From: Hemiscyllium ocellatum | Lineage: Eukaryota | DNA: 64,000 nucleotides | Direction of reading: 5' to 3' | NCBI RefSeq assembly: GCF_020745735.1 | Contig: NC_083439.1 | Location: 13,158,596-13,222,595, forward strand | In this document: one piece after another, positions 63,066 to 64,000 of the stretch | How positions within the stretch are numbered: position 1 is the stretch's first letter | Layout of the letters: the number at the start of each line of letters is the position of its first letter | The notes under the pieces: model-generated | What the model saw: the letters and a program-made list of their open reading frames with translations, nothing else | What the model was told of the DNA's origin: nothing | Database searches by the model: none | Position numbers and translations under genes: made by a program

Positions 63066-63925
63066 GAGTCATAGAGGTCTATAGCACAGAAAGACACCCT
63101 TCAACCCACCGAGTCTGCACGGGTAAAATAACAACCTAATTATTCTAATCTCAGTTTCCAGCACTTGGCACTTTGCCTTGAATGCCATGGCATCGCAAAG
63201 GACATCTAAATAATTCTTAAATGTTCTGAGAGTTTCTGTCTCTACCATTCTTACAGGCAATGAGTTCCAGATTTCCACCTTGAAACATATTTTTCCCATA
63301 TCCTCTCTCAACCTCCTGCCCCTTAAAGCAATGTCCTTGGTCATTGATCCCTCCTCAAAGGTAAAACGCTTCTGCTTATCTGCTATATCTGTGCCCCTCA
63401 TAATTATATACATCTCAATCATGTACTCATGCAATCCTTTCTGCTTTAAGGAAAACAACTCCAGTCTGTCTGATCTCTCTTCATAACTTAAGCTCTCCAG
63501 TCCAGGCAACATCCTGGTAAATCTCCTCTGCACCCTTTCCAGTGTAGTCATATCCCTCTTCTGAGGTAGATTCCAGAACTAGACACAATACACTAGCTGT
63601 GGCATAACTAACTTTTTGTACAGTTCCAGCATTAGTTATCTGCTGTTAAGGTCTATGCTTTGGCTGATAAAGGAAAGTATCCCATGCACCTTCCTAATCA
63701 TTTTGTCTACTTGTCCCATTATCTTATAGGACCAAAGGACATGTACACCAAGGCCCATTTGATCCTCTGTGCGTCCCAGGGTACTACTGTTCAGCATGTA
63801 TTCCTTTTACTTTGTTTGTCCTGCATCACCTCACACTTGTCTGGATTGGATTCCACCTGCTACTGATCAGCCCATCTACATCCTTCTTTAATCTAAGGCA
63901 ATCCTCTTCACTATTTACTACTTCA
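63066..63925 (-). mobile_element. CR1-type LINE 3' fragment
   Basis: LERVQRRFTRMLPGLESLSYEER..WNSLP; ctctatgactc tail. Confidence 0.85.
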
Positions 63926-63953
63926 CAATTTTCAAATCTGAAGTTCTGTTTAC

Positions 63954-64000
63954 CTGGTTTTTCCTAGACTCCCACAAAAATCATCCTCCTCATCATCATC
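63954..64000 (-). CDS. KIF7: KIF7 coding exon, 3' part (truncated by window edge)
   Basis: Acidic run DDDEEDDFCGSLGKT then AG|GTAAAC; phase 2 matches the next exon. Confidence 0.75.

Overview
This is vertebrate genomic DNA, almost certainly from an elasmobranch (shark or ray): it is full of HE1-type V-SINEs and their partner HER1/CR1 LINEs. The left two-thirds holds a tandem + strand cluster of single-coding-exon UDP-glucuronosyltransferases (UGT5-type): three intact genes (493-2115, 28132-29763, 39775-41406) and one TE-shattered pseudogene (~8233-11912). The right third holds the last 12 coding exons of KIF7 on the - strand, tail-to-tail with the last UGT. The intergenic and intronic DNA is layered with CR1, Rex1/Babar, Penelope-like (PLE), SINE and ERV-like remnants. 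The most striking unexplained structure is a family of Penelope pseudo-LTR-derived elements carrying minimal type I hammerhead ribozyme motifs (ATTC-CTGATGA-A-GGGC-TTAT-GCCC-GAAA-CG-TC/GAAT). They occur as solo units, as fold-back hairpins with 13-15 bp target-site duplications, and as one young 1.45 kb element (33204-34658). That element has two direct ribozyme-bearing repeats around an RT-less ORF, a retrozyme-like layout predicted to release a 1359-nt RNA that could circularise. All calls were made by eye; family names rest on motif recognition, not database searches.
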